Below, in pieces: positions 19,323-29,228 of a stretch of DNA of 64,000 nt. The notes below the pieces were generated by a model. It saw only the letters and a list, made by a program, of their open reading frames with translations. It had not been told where the DNA came from and searched no databases. This DNA comes from a virus. How positions within the stretch are numbered: the stretch's first letter is position 1; each line of letters starts with the position of its first letter. The DNA lies in the IMG/VR virus record IMGVR_UViG_3300009149_000025, positions 5,825 to 69,824 of that record; one strand, given 5' to 3'. A program made the translations under genes and the position numbers.

Positions 19323-20024
19323 ATGAAAGATGAAGACAATTTTCCATTTGATGAATGGGATGATGAAGAATTTGAAGAAACAAATGAAAATTTAGAATTT
19401 ATTTGTAAGAGAGAAATACCTACACCAGTTTGTAGTATTATGTATGTGGATTTTCGTTATAATGAACCACAAGAAGAAACTATTGTAGATTTAGATAACC
19501 CTTTAACAAGAGAAAACGAAACTATGGGTCAAGTAATAGTACCTGAAGTTTTTAGTAAAAATGTTGAATTGAGTGAAGATTTTATTTCGGAAGATGATGT
19601 AAAAGAAAAAGCTATAGAAAAAATCATAGAATTATCTGAAAGGAATTTTAATGGTAATAATGCTGAATTATATGAAAAATTTAAATTTAAATTTTCAGAT
19701 TTTCCAGAAAATACTAGTAGAAAGTTAATGTCAAAAATATTTACTGGTAGTAGTGCAATTGCAGTTAATGGTAGAATTGGTCCTGCTCAATATATGATAA
19801 TTTCTGAGGAAATTTATAACGAACATGGATTATCTGATATATCTGGAACAATTACACCGATTTTTTACGATACTAAAGATATATATCTTTTTAGAAAAAA
19901 TACTATGGATCAACCAGGTTTAGTTTATATAACAAATAATGATAAATATTCCTTAGTGGATATTGGATTTTATCCAGAAAAACAATTTTTAAAAATAAAA
20001 TTAGAAAGAGAAAATGAAGAGTAA
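19323..20024 (+). CDS. truncated major-capsid-protein (T4 gp23-like) paralog
   Basis: PTPVCSIMYVDFRY, RKLMSKIFTGSSAIAVNGRIGPAQYMIIS and IYLFRKNTMDQPGLVY follow gp23 motifs in order; only 233 aa. Confidence 0.5.
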   Translation: MKDEDNFPFDEWDDEEFEETNENLEFICKREIPTPVCSIMYVDFRYNEPQEETIVDLDNPLTRENETMGQVIVPEVFSKNVELSEDFISEDDVKEKAIEKIIELSERNFNGNNAELYEKFKFKFSDFPENTSRKLMSKIFTGSSAIAVNGRIGPAQYMIISEEIYNEHGLSDISGTITPIFYDTKDIYLFRKNTMDQPGLVYITNNDKYSLVDIGFYPEKQFLKIKLERENEE

Positions 20025-20496
20025 AATTTATGTTAAATTACACAACAAAAATTGCGAATTGGTTTCATTCGGTAATTGGATTGATTTAAGATCATCTGAA
20101 ACAGTGTCGCTTAAAAAATTTGAATTTAAATTAATAGATTTAGGTGTTTCTATGAAATTACCAAAATATTTTCAAGGAAATATTGTACCAAGATCAGGTA
20201 CTTATAAAAATTTCAAACTTATACAAACAAACCATTATGGTGTAGTCGATGGACTAACAAAAACTGAATCTGGGTATTCTGGTAATGATGATAAATGGAA
20301 ATTTGCAGCATTGTCAATGGATGATACTATTATCAATGAGGGTGATAGAATTTGTCAATTTGAAATTAAACCAACAATGTTTGCACCATTTTTAGTAAAA
20401 CTTAAATGGTTATTTTCAAATGGAATTAAAATTATTTATGTTGATGAATTAAATTCCAATAATAGGGGTGGTTTTGGAACTACAGGAAAAAAGTGA
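20014..20496 (+). CDS. dut: trimeric dUTPase
   Basis: IDL, PRSG, GVVD...YSG, GDRICQ and RGGFGTTG motifs. Confidence 0.92.
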   Translation: MKSKIYVKLHNKNCELVSFGNWIDLRSSETVSLKKFEFKLIDLGVSMKLPKYFQGNIVPRSGTYKNFKLIQTNHYGVVDGLTKTESGYSGNDDKWKFAALSMDDTIINEGDRICQFEIKPTMFAPFLVKLKWLFSNGIKIIYVDELNSNNRGGFGTTGKK

Positions 20497-20497
20497 G

Positions 20498-20523
20498 AAA
20501 GGGTGGTTTTAACCACCTTTTTT
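20498..20523 (+). terminator. intrinsic terminator
   Basis: GGTGGTT-TT-AACCACC hairpin followed by a T run, directly after dut. Confidence 0.75.
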
Positions 20524-20548
20524 GTTTTAATATTTTTATATATAAGTT

Positions 20549-21052
20549 ATGGAATTTTTACCACATAAAGGTTATGATATAAATGATATTACAAATATTG
20601 TCACACCAAATGCTAAATTTAAATCTATTTATATGGGTGTGGAAGGTGGTGATGTTAAAGATATATTAGATAAATTAAATCCTCAATTCGAAAAATCAAA
20701 TCCATTTGATGGTGTATTCACATTATTTACAGAAAATTTACCCAAATCTTTTATTCAAAAAGGTATAAGATTTTTTCTATTTAATGAAAATTTAGTAGGC
20801 AATGGAAGACAGATTGTGAAAGCATATAGTAATAACGGTGAATATATCACTAAATATAAAGTGAAAATCAATAGTATAGATTTGGATGAAAAACAAGAAA
20901 TACCATATAAAACAACTTCAGGGATACCAATTGGTCCATCTTTACTCGAAACAGTTAAAACTGAAAAATTTCAAAGAATAATAAATTCTACAAGTAAATT
21001 TGTTAGATTTAATGAGTTTAACACAGATATTGACTTTCAAGAAATAATTTAA
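20549..21052 (+). CDS. hypothetical protein
   Basis: 167 aa; upstream TTTTATATATA. Confidence 0.6.
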   Translation: MEFLPHKGYDINDITNIVTPNAKFKSIYMGVEGGDVKDILDKLNPQFEKSNPFDGVFTLFTENLPKSFIQKGIRFFLFNENLVGNGRQIVKAYSNNGEYITKYKVKINSIDLDEKQEIPYKTTSGIPIGPSLLETVKTEKFQRIINSTSKFVRFNEFNTDIDFQEII

Positions 21053-21390
21053 CTTTTTTCCATCTCAAAGAATTTCTTCAATTTTTCTATGTGACGACAA
21101 TCATTATCAGAATTGAATTTATCACAATCACAATATAGTTCGGTATGATTTATTATCTTCATTTTATGCATCTTAGTATCTTTAAAGATGATATTTTTAA
21201 CAGAAGATCTATCATTGTTTTTAGTTTTTGATTTATACCAAACCATTATTAAATCTTTTTCGGTTATATCATTGTTTAAAACATGATACATTATATAATC
21301 AATGATAGCATATCTTTCATCATGATTATTAGTAGTTATTGTGGGTTTATGTCTTATCTTTTTTGGTAATTCTCTTAATATATTAATCAT
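21049..21390 (-). CDS. SWIM-type zinc-finger protein
   Basis: YCDCDKF...CRHI (CxC...CxH). Confidence 0.55.
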   Translation of the reverse strand: MINILRELPKKIRHKPTITTNNHDERYAIIDYIMYHVLNNDITEKDLIMVWYKSKTKNNDRSSVKNIIFKDTKMHKMKIINHTELYCDCDKFNSDNDCRHIEKLKKFFEMEKS

Positions 21391-21961
21391 CGTTGAAAGT
21401 TTTCTTGTAAATTGATTTTATTGCGTTTATACCATTTTGATTTAATTCCCTTGTTCCAACACCTGCGAAATTTTTAGATAATGTAGGTTCTTCTATTTCA
21501 ATAAATTCATTGTCCCATTTAAACCAATTGTTTTTATCTTGATCAAATACATAAACAGGTTTATCTGATTCAATTCCCATCATAACAGCATAACCAGTTC
21601 CACCATCAACTACATCAATATCAGATTTATTTACATATTTTTTACCTTTTTCACCAGGTTTTAATATATTACCAATAGCAAATATAGCATCAGCGTTTTT
21701 AACCTGAAACCAATTTCTCGATAATAATCTTCTTACATATTGTGATGATTTTTCTACATATTTACCCATTTTGGCAGCAGAAATAAGAACCATTTCCCAC
21801 CCTTCATGTAATTCTTCATCTGTTAATATTTCTCTATTGGGGGATAAACTTCTATGTTTATCAAATGAAAAAGCTACGGTTTGAACATTATATTTTTTTC
21901 CAATTATTTCCCATCCCATATCGGCACCTCTTGCACCTCCACTAAAATTATAATAATTCAT
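21383..21961 (-). CDS. SLOG-superfamily (YspA/DprA-like) protein
   Basis: SGGARGAD, RNWFQV, GGTGYAV, GVGTR. Confidence 0.65.
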   Translation of the reverse strand: MNYYNFSGGARGADMGWEIIGKKYNVQTVAFSFDKHRSLSPNREILTDEELHEGWEMVLISAAKMGKYVEKSSQYVRRLLSRNWFQVKNADAIFAIGNILKPGEKGKKYVNKSDIDVVDGGTGYAVMMGIESDKPVYVFDQDKNNWFKWDNEFIEIEEPTLSKNFAGVGTRELNQNGINAIKSIYKKTFNDD

Positions 21962-22005
21962 ATTTTTTTATTTTAAATATAATTAAAATTTGATTAATAA
22001 AAAAA

Positions 22006-22527
22006 TTATTTGATATCGTTTATAAATTGTTGAACCTTTTCATTGAGTTCTTCTAATCCATTGTTATTATCAATAGTATATTGATATTCAAAATTGTTAA
22101 CATTTTTATCAGAAAAATTATCTGGGTGTATTTCGACATCTTTATTTACAATTAATGTGATACAATTATCACCATATATTTTTTGGATTTTTGCAATTTC
22201 TTCTGGTTCTCTTATATGTACAAAATAAACATTGTTTTTGATATTTTTACCTTTTTCTATACAATATTTAGTATCAATATCTATTCTATTTAAAATATCA
22301 TTAGTTGGTCCATCGTTAAATTCTGACCAAGATCTTTTAACATCAGATAGAAATTTTCTTGATTTTTCATCTTTTTTACCATTCCAACCGAAACAAAGCT
22401 CGGCAACGTTTTTTACTCTATCTACAGATGAATAATTTTTAACTCTTAATCCACTTATATCTTTAAATATTTTTACAAATCGATCTTTTCCAACACCTGC
22501 GCCTCCGTTTACGACTATTACTCTCAT
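22006..22527 (-). CDS. P-loop kinase (dNMP-kinase-like)
   Basis: NGGAGVGKD, GWNGKKDEKSRKFL, HIREPEEI. Confidence 0.7.
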   Translation of the reverse strand: MRVIVVNGGAGVGKDRFVKIFKDISGLRVKNYSSVDRVKNVAELCFGWNGKKDEKSRKFLSDVKRSWSEFNDGPTNDILNRIDIDTKYCIEKGKNIKNNVYFVHIREPEEIAKIQKIYGDNCITLIVNKDVEIHPDNFSDKNVNNFEYQYTIDNNNGLEELNEKVQQFINDIK

Positions 22528-22537
22528 ATTCTTTTGA

Positions 22538-23323
22538 TTATTTTATTTTTTTATAACTCCAATAAAAACCACCAGATGACTTTGTGGTTTGTCTAGCACA
22601 ATTTCCAATTGCAATATTATTTAAACTCAATTTTCTACTTGCTTCAGAACAGCTTTTCCATTCTTTAATTAATTTAAAACTTTTTGTATATTGATAAACT
22701 TTTTTAGAATTTATATCATGTCCTTTACTAAAAGAAGTTTTATTGGGTTTTTTGATTTTATCATTAGCCCATTTTATATGTTCTAATAATTCATCACTTG
22801 ACATATTAGTATATTCTTCATAATATAACCATATATAACCTTTACAAGTTTTTCTGGATTTATTAAGAGTTCCTCCAAGATTACCACCATTTAAATCAAA
22901 ATACAAGTTAGCATCTTTGATAGATGGAAAAATTTTAAATATATTACCATTTGTTTTTAATGATATAACTTTTTTATTACCATCCCCTTTTTTAAATGAA
23001 GTTTGATTACCAAATGTTAAACCATATCCTCCTTCGGTATGATTAACTAATTTACAACCTTTATCTGTGTAATATTTAATCCAGTATTTTTCTCTTTCTT
23101 TCCAATTATCGTTGTTAGTTTCTTCTATCATTTCCATAATTGGTTTCAATCCATCTTTTATCAATTTGTTAATCCAATTTCTTTTGTGGGTGTTTTTATC
23201 CCTACATTTATTTATATGATTTTTAAATCTTTGTTTTAAATTTCTAGATTTCCCGACATACCTTATCTTGTTATTGATTGGGTTTTTTAAAACGTAAATA
23301 AAACATTTATTATCCATAATCAT
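22538..23323 (-). CDS. GIY-YIG homing endonuclease with NUMOD1-like DNA-binding repeats
   Basis: FIYVL...YVGKS...QRF...REKYWI...LVN; C-terminal EWKSCSEASRKL...GGFYW. Confidence 0.85.
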   Translation of the reverse strand: MIMDNKCFIYVLKNPINNKIRYVGKSRNLKQRFKNHINKCRDKNTHKRNWINKLIKDGLKPIMEMIEETNNDNWKEREKYWIKYYTDKGCKLVNHTEGGYGLTFGNQTSFKKGDGNKKVISLKTNGNIFKIFPSIKDANLYFDLNGGNLGGTLNKSRKTCKGYIWLYYEEYTNMSSDELLEHIKWANDKIKKPNKTSFSKGHDINSKKVYQYTKSFKLIKEWKSCSEASRKLSLNNIAIGNCARQTTKSSGGFYWSYKKIK

Positions 23324-23358
23324 TTTTTATATTTATATATAAAAAATGAGCAGTCCCA

Positions 23359-23541
23359 TTAATTATTTTTTTCACAACCATATCTAGTTCCTAACCAATT
23401 GAAACTTATTTCAATAAATGGTGTTATAAATATGGAATATTGCTTAACTTTATTGCCGTTCATGGTGTTACTACCAATACCAATTATATAAGGTATGATC
23501 CACCAAAATTTTGTTTTTAATTTACAATTATATTCTTTCAT
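23359..23541 (-). CDS. hypothetical protein
   Basis: 60 aa ORF within a minus-strand run. Confidence 0.45.
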   Translation of the reverse strand: MKEYNCKLKTKFWWIIPYIIGIGSNTMNGNKVKQYSIFITPFIEISFNWLGTRYGCEKNN

Positions 23542-23554
23542 TTTTCTTTTTTAT

Positions 23555-23710
23555 TTATTCATCTTCTTTAACTGAATATTCATACCACATTTTTTCGGCA
23601 AGGACTCCAATTTTAGAACCACAATCATCACATATCGCAGTTGTTTTAGTTTTAGTTTTAATTTTATCACTATCACATACTGGGCAAATTTTTATATCTT
23701 TTATTTCCAT
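23555..23710 (-). CDS. small zinc-ribbon protein, not in ORF track
   Basis: Hand translation MEIKDIKICPVCDSDKIKTKTKTTAICDDCGSKIGVLAEKMWYEYSVKEDE; two CxxC. Confidence 0.6.
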   Translation of the reverse strand: MEIKDIKICPVCDSDKIKTKTKTTAICDDCGSKIGVLAEKMWYEYSVKEDE

Positions 23711-23717
23711 ATTCAAT

Positions 23718-24236
23718 TTATTTTTTAGGGTTAATCGTAACCGACATTCTTTTATTTTCTAATTTTGGCATAGATTCTATCTTACCATATTCTTTTAATG
23801 CGTCTACAAAACGAAGAATAAGTAATTCACCTTGATCTGCAAATTGTATTTCTCTTCCATGAAACCACACAGTAGTTTTCACTTTATCGCCTTTTTCTAA
23901 AAAATTAATAGCGTGTTTCAATTTGAAATTAAAATCATGATCACCCGTATTATAAGTAAAACGAATTTCTTTTACTTTAGTTTTCTTTTGACTTTTCTTA
24001 TTTTCTCTTTCCTTTTGTTTCTTTTCATAAATGAATTTTTGAAATTCAATTATTTTACAAACAGGTGGATTTGCATTTGGTACAATTTCCACGAGGTCTA
24101 ATTTCATATCAGTGGCAATTTTCAAAGCTTCTGATATGTCAACAATTTGACTTTCGATATCTTTACCAGTTATTCTAACTTTTGGTGATTTGATTTTTTC
24201 ATTGACTCTGAAAAAATTCTTATTTGTTTTTATCAT
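23718..24236 (-). CDS. infC: translation initiation factor IF-3
   Basis: RVNEKI, LDLVEIVPNANPPVCKI, KEIRF, HDFNFK, GDKVK, FHGRE. Confidence 0.95.
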   Translation of the reverse strand: MIKTNKNFFRVNEKIKSPKVRITGKDIESQIVDISEALKIATDMKLDLVEIVPNANPPVCKIIEFQKFIYEKKQKERENKKSQKKTKVKEIRFTYNTGDHDFNFKLKHAINFLEKGDKVKTTVWFHGREIQFADQGELLILRFVDALKEYGKIESMPKLENKRMSVTINPKK

Positions 24237-24268
24237 ATAAACATTATATTTTTCTTTTTCTCTTTTGT

Positions 24269-24685
24269 TTATTTTAATTCAGGGTAGTGTTTGATGAAGT
24301 TTTTATAATATGTAGACATATTCTTAAACCCAATGTAATTAGCTGTGTGAAATCTCATTTCAGGCAATGATATATTTTTATCTAAAGCATAGTCACATAA
24401 CCATTTTACTGAATCATATCCTGTTTTTTCTTCAAAGTCTTTACTAATATCAAACCCATTTCTTATGGCGGCAACTGTTACTTGATAATGTTCATCAGCT
24501 AAATCGTGATCGAAACTAGCAAGTTTTGGCATACCATTTTCAGATACGTAATTTATGAATTCATCGTGTGATCTAACTACAATCCATTTCAATTTATTGT
24601 ATGTAGGATCGTTTTTATATAGTGTCACCCAATCGGGTTCACGAACATCATCTAAAAATATATTATATGTTGATTTGTTTTTCAT
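24269..24685 (-). CDS. cyclic-phosphate-processing receiver-domain protein
   Basis: IFLDDVREP, SFDHDL, TGYD, HTAN. Confidence 0.75.
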   Translation of the reverse strand: MKNKSTYNIFLDDVREPDWVTLYKNDPTYNKLKWIVVRSHDEFINYVSENGMPKLASFDHDLADEHYQVTVAAIRNGFDISKDFEEKTGYDSVKWLCDYALDKNISLPEMRFHTANYIGFKNMSTYYKNFIKHYPELK

Positions 24686-24753
24686 AGTATAAATATATGA
24701 AAAAAATAATAGAATAAGAAAATATTCTACAAATTTTATATAGGGTATGAAAA

Positions 24754-24915
24754 TTATTTGTCTTTGGGATAACCAAAGGACATAACTTTAACATCTTGTT
24801 TTACTTTTTCTTTAAGGTACTGAATTTTTTCATCGCTTATATTGTATTCGTTTTCAATAGATGCGAAATAATTATCGAACAATTCAATAACTTTTTCTTT
24901 GATGTCGTCACTCAT
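24754..24915 (-). CDS. small hypothetical protein, not in ORF track
   Basis: Hand translation MSDDIKEKVIELFDNYFASIENEYNISDEKIQYLKEKVKQDVKVMSFGYPKDK. Confidence 0.5.
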   Translation of the reverse strand: MSDDIKEKVIELFDNYFASIENEYNISDEKIQYLKEKVKQDVKVMSFGYPKDK

Positions 24916-25021
24916 TAACTTTGAATAAAAATTCTTTTTTTTAATTTGTAGGATTTTAAGGATTTTTAAGTAATTAAATTAACTAATATGTTTGTATATA
25001 TATAATTTTAAAATTCGTTTT

Positions 25022-25759
25022 TTATTTATTAATCCATGAACTAATAGAATGAACTTGTCTTTTTATTCTTCTTTTTCTATATACACCATCTCCTTCTCTT
25101 GAACCTTGTTCATTTGTGTTACCTTCGACAGTGAAATAATATTTGTCATTTTCGCCATCATAAAAACCAATATGAGCTAATCGTTCTTTTTTAGGAAACC
25201 ATATACCAATAAGATCACCAAACATCGGTTTTCTTAATTGAAATTGTCCTCTAACCATAATGAGTTTATTTTCAGGGAAATAAGATGGCACCCACGCTGG
25301 GTATTTTAAGTTTAATTTTATATCACATTCTAAAAGTGACCAATTTATATAAGCTGCACACCAAGCATAACCTTTACCTAATCCTGCAGATTTTAGATAT
25401 TTTTCGACATCGAAACCATCATTGTTACCTGTTAATTCTCTTATACCAATTTGACTATAATAGACATTTTTAACACATATTCTATTGTATACATCTAAAT
25501 TGTTTAAATCTCCAATTTCAATATTAAAATTAGAATCATCTTTATTAGGTATACTAATAATTTGATTGATAAATATCATATTAGATGTTAATCCATTTAA
25601 TTCTTTTATATCATCAATAGATACATCATACTTCATTGAAATTTTAGAAAGACTTTCTCCTGATTTTACTATATGTTCTGTTATATTACTCTGGCTAAAA
25701 GAACAATTAATAGAAAAAATAAGGAAAATAGCCACAATACAACTTTTGATTTTTCCCAT
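25022..25759 (-). CDS. LysM plus CHAP-domain peptidoglycan hydrolase with signal peptide
   Basis: N-terminal hydrophobic signal; HIVKSGESLSKISMKYDVS...NGL (LysM); WCAAY, HIGF, TVEGNT (CHAP). Confidence 0.85.
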   Translation of the reverse strand: MGKIKSCIVAIFLIFSINCSFSQSNITEHIVKSGESLSKISMKYDVSIDDIKELNGLTSNMIFINQIISIPNKDDSNFNIEIGDLNNLDVYNRICVKNVYYSQIGIRELTGNNDGFDVEKYLKSAGLGKGYAWCAAYINWSLLECDIKLNLKYPAWVPSYFPENKLIMVRGQFQLRKPMFGDLIGIWFPKKERLAHIGFYDGENDKYYFTVEGNTNEQGSREGDGVYRKRRIKRQVHSISSWINK

Positions 25760-26055
25760 TGTGTCATTTGATTATTTTCTACTTTTAGATTATCCCCTAA
25801 GGCATCATCTAAATATTTATATACTTCTGGAAATGTTATTTTCATAAATATCCATATTACTCCAGAATATATGAAAAACTGAATAATTGAAAACAATATA
25901 ATTTGAAATATACCAGCATCATATGTAGCTGAAGTTGGGTCTAACCATCTTAAAAAAGTATCACTGAAGTACCATAAAATTAATGCCAATGGTATTGTAA
26001 CCAATTCACTCCAACTTGCTAAAAATTTAAAAATTTTTTTAATTGTTTTTTTCAT
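25681..26055 (-). CDS. holin-like membrane protein
   Basis: Three hydrophobic segments; lies directly upstream of and overlaps the lysin. Confidence 0.55.
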   Translation of the reverse strand: MKKTIKKIFKFLASWSELVTIPLALILWYFSDTFLRWLDPTSATYDAGIFQIILFSIIQFFIYSGVIWIFMKITFPEVYKYLDDALGDNLKVENNQMTQWEKSKVVLWLFSLFFLLIVLLARVI

Positions 26056-26174
26056 AGTGGTTTATTATTTTTATAAGTATCTTTTAGTATATATAAATAA
26101 AAAATTATGATAAAATTTTCAATTATTATTTTTTATATATACTAAAAAATGAAGTATTTTTATAAAAATAAAAT

Positions 26175-27251
26175 GTGGTAGATATGAAGATAATGAAAAA
26201 GTTTGGCAACTATATAAAAGAGGATGTGGAAACATGGGACGATGCTATCGATGATATTCCAGATTTCGATGATGAAGAAACTGGAACAGAAAAGAAAGCA
26301 GAAAGACCAAAACCTAGAAAGAGACAAAAGCCACCTTCAGTTTCTATGAGAAATCCTAAAAAGGAAGAAGAAGTTGTAGAAGATGAAGTCAAAACTGATG
26401 AAGATGGTAATGTAATAAAACCAAAGAAGAAACTTGTAAGAAGTGAAGAAGGTAATGTTAAGGTGAGATTCACTACAAAACTTAAAAAAATTTTTAAGAC
26501 TCTACAGGCACGAAAGGATAGTAAAGATATTGCCGATGCATTTATAGCTAGTTATAGAAAACTTGGAAGTGATATATCATTTTTGAATATGGTTGATGAC
26601 GTAAATGACCAATTATCTTATTTGCCAAGAAATAGAATTGTTGGGATGGAAAGAACTAAGAGTGAAAAAACTGGTAAAATGGTTCTTAATTCTTATGGTA
26701 GTGATCAAAGACAACAAATGAGATTAGGTAGAATCATTAATAGATTATGGCCTGATAAATTTAATGCAAGACAAGTTGAATTGTTTGTTAATGAATATAA
26801 AGGTGAACATGATATGATGACTGGTAATATCGATATTGAATTGATTCATGGGAAAGATATTTATGAATGGTATCAACAAAAAAAATATGCAGGTGGAGGC
26901 ACATTGGGAAATTCTTGTATGAGAGGAGCTGGTAAACAACAAATGGCCATGTATACCGATAATCCACAACAAATAAGAATGGCAGTATACAGAAGAGCTG
27001 GAAAATTGGAAGCAAGAGCACTTGTTTGGACAACAGATCATGGTATTTTTATGGATAGGATTTATTATACAAAAGATCATTTGCAGAATGCGTTTAGAAG
27101 ATATGCGGATAGAAATGGTTGGATGTATAGGGAACAAAATCCTAGACCACCACATTTGACAGTTAGATTACAAAATCAAGTTAGAGGACAACACCCATAT
27201 TTAGATACATTTAGATTGACTCACAATGGTGCAAGAGCAGAAGCTTTTTAA
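26175..27251 (+). CDS. conserved phage protein (GTLxxSCMR family); true start probably a few codons downstream
   Basis: GTLGNSCMR, RALVW, FMDRIYY, PYLDT shared with 49015..50046; leader MKKFGNYIKE. Confidence 0.65.
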   Translation: MVDMKIMKKFGNYIKEDVETWDDAIDDIPDFDDEETGTEKKAERPKPRKRQKPPSVSMRNPKKEEEVVEDEVKTDEDGNVIKPKKKLVRSEEGNVKVRFTTKLKKIFKTLQARKDSKDIADAFIASYRKLGSDISFLNMVDDVNDQLSYLPRNRIVGMERTKSEKTGKMVLNSYGSDQRQQMRLGRIINRLWPDKFNARQVELFVNEYKGEHDMMTGNIDIELIHGKDIYEWYQQKKYAGGGTLGNSCMRGAGKQQMAMYTDNPQQIRMAVYRRAGKLEARALVWTTDHGIFMDRIYYTKDHLQNAFRRYADRNGWMYREQNPRPPHLTVRLQNQVRGQHPYLDTFRLTHNGARAEAF

Positions 27252-27265
27252 AATAATATTTTTAA

Positions 27266-28003
27266 ATGAAGTCTTATATTAATTTTGTTAATGAACAAAA
27301 GTATACCCATAAAGAATTAAATAAAAAATTTTGGACAGATTTTGAATTTGATGAAGGTGTTAAAGAAAAATTGGTAGAAATTGCTAATGATTTCTATGAT
27401 ACTCTTGATAAATTTGATTTAGATATAGATGATATACATTTAACAGGTTCAATATCTAATTATAATTATCATCCAGATTCAGATTTAGATGTTCATATAT
27501 TGGTGGATTTTGATGAATATGATGGTGATAAAGATATTTTGGTTAGTATGATACAATCAAAGTCTTTTATTTGGAATTTAAAACACGACATTAATATTAG
27601 AGGAGCTGATGTTGAATTATATGTTCAAGATAAAAATGAAGAACATATATCATCAGGTATATATTCGTTACAAAATGATGAATGGATTAAAAAACCATCA
27701 TATAGTGATCCAGATGTGGATGATGATGACATTAATCTAAAATATAAAAGATGGGTATTTGAAATAGATGAAATTGCTAAATCTGAAGACGATGAAAATT
27801 TATCTGAAGAAGATAAAAGAGAACGTTTTGAAAGATCTGAAAAACTTAAAAAGAAATTGAAAAAGTTTAGAAAAGAAGGATTAGAAGGTGTAGGTGAATA
27901 TTCAATTGAAAATTTAACTTTTAAGAAATTAAGAAATGATGGGCATATAGAAAAATTATACAAATCAAGTGTTGAATTTTATGATTCAATCTTTAGTCAG
28001 TAA
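27266..28003 (+). CDS. Pol-beta-superfamily nucleotidyltransferase
   Basis: LTGSISNYN...SDLDVH, VELY; leader MKSYINFVNE. Confidence 0.8.
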   Translation: MKSYINFVNEQKYTHKELNKKFWTDFEFDEGVKEKLVEIANDFYDTLDKFDLDIDDIHLTGSISNYNYHPDSDLDVHILVDFDEYDGDKDILVSMIQSKSFIWNLKHDINIRGADVELYVQDKNEEHISSGIYSLQNDEWIKKPSYSDPDVDDDDINLKYKRWVFEIDEIAKSEDDENLSEEDKRERFERSEKLKKKLKKFRKEGLEGVGEYSIENLTFKKLRNDGHIEKLYKSSVEFYDSIFSQ

Positions 28004-28420
28004 CGTTTTATTTTCAATATCAATTTTAGAAACCAATTCAAAAATTACGTCATTCCCCAATATACCATCAATAACATTTAAGTGATTAGTTGATAGTGTA
28101 TTATTTAAATTGATCAAATCTATAACATTAAATTCTTTATTTGTTAATATAGATTCCCCTATACTAAATTCATTAATTTTAACCTGATAAGTATCTATTT
28201 CTTTATTTATACTTGATGTATCTAAAGACTTCAGGGGCTTAACTGAAGTGAATTTATCAATTTTTCTCAAATCGATAACACTAGTCGATGCCCCTGTGTC
28301 TAATAAAAAGATGGCACTTATTTTATTGATATTAACATTTATTGTTAATATTTTACCATCATTGAAATTGTTTATATTAATCGGTATTTCCAATTTTTGA
28401 ATCCTTTTCTGCGTTTTCAA
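27986..28420 (-). CDS. retropepsin-like aspartic protease
   Basis: FLLDTGAS and GILGND. Confidence 0.85.
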   Translation of the reverse strand: MKTQKRIQKLEIPININNFNDGKILTINVNINKISAIFLLDTGASTSVIDLRKIDKFTSVKPLKSLDTSSINKEIDTYQVKINEFSIGESILTNKEFNVIDLINLNNTLSTNHLNVIDGILGNDVIFELVSKIDIENKTLLTKD

Positions 28421-29042
28421 AATTTATATCTTTTGAAGCTTTCACTGATCTAGATTTTCTAAACGAAGAAGTGTAGTTACTAATATTTGCGTATGCAAAG
28501 TTCATACCAGCATCAGTTGCTGCGTAATCCAAAGTTTTACCTCTTTTCACACCCATTTTACTACCTTCGCCGAAAGCATCTTGATTTGCCCCTAAATAGA
28601 TAAATGACCAGTCATTTTTTTCTTCTCTTTTATTAATCATTTTGAAAACTTCGTCTTTACCAAAAGTACGACTTGAATTTTCTTCACCATCAGTGATAAT
28701 TACAAAAAGAACCTTTTCAGGTCTTTCATCTTTATCTAGGTTTTTAATTCTTTTCTTTAAAGCTTTAATTGTTTTACCAATACAATCGTAAAGAGCTGTT
28801 GCACCACCAGGTCTGTAATTTTCAGTTGTAAGTTCAGATATTTCTTGTATATCTACACTATCAAAAACTATTTCTTCTTTACCTGGGGAACTAAATAGAA
28901 CAAGAGAAAAATTTGCATCTCCGTCTAATTGTTTTTGTTCGTTGAGGAATTCGTTGTATCCCTCGATTGTTCTTGATTGTAAACTCGACATTGAACCAGA
29001 TTTGTCAATGATCGTAACGATTTCTGTTAATCCTTTTTTCAT
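28377..29042 (-). CDS. vWA-domain protein
   Basis: MIDAS DKSGSM, TALYD, ITDGEENSS; ATG at 29042 preferred (MKKGLTEIV). Confidence 0.85.
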   Translation of the reverse strand: MKKGLTEIVTIIDKSGSMSSLQSRTIEGYNEFLNEQKQLDGDANFSLVLFSSPGKEEIVFDSVDIQEISELTTENYRPGGATALYDCIGKTIKALKKRIKNLDKDERPEKVLFVIITDGEENSSRTFGKDEVFKMINKREEKNDWSFIYLGANQDAFGEGSKMGVKRGKTLDYAATDAGMNFAYANISNYTSSFRKSRSVKASKDINFENAEKDSKIGNTD

Positions 29043-29228
29043 AATACATTTTTTATTTTTGTTTGTGTTGTCGTCAGTCTTATTATTGTTCTTCACAATT
29101 CAAAAGCAGGTCAATCCTACTCAAAACCATCGAAACCCAAAATGTCTCTAATGTATATATTAAAAAAGGTGGGTTGTTTGAAATTATTGATATATTATTT
29201 TTAATATATAAAAGAAAACACTTTTAAT

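Noticed and set aside
28377-28420. Programmed frameshift joining the vWA gene and the aspartic protease
   Set aside because: The 44-nt overlap is explained by an independent TTG start, and both domains look complete without fusion.
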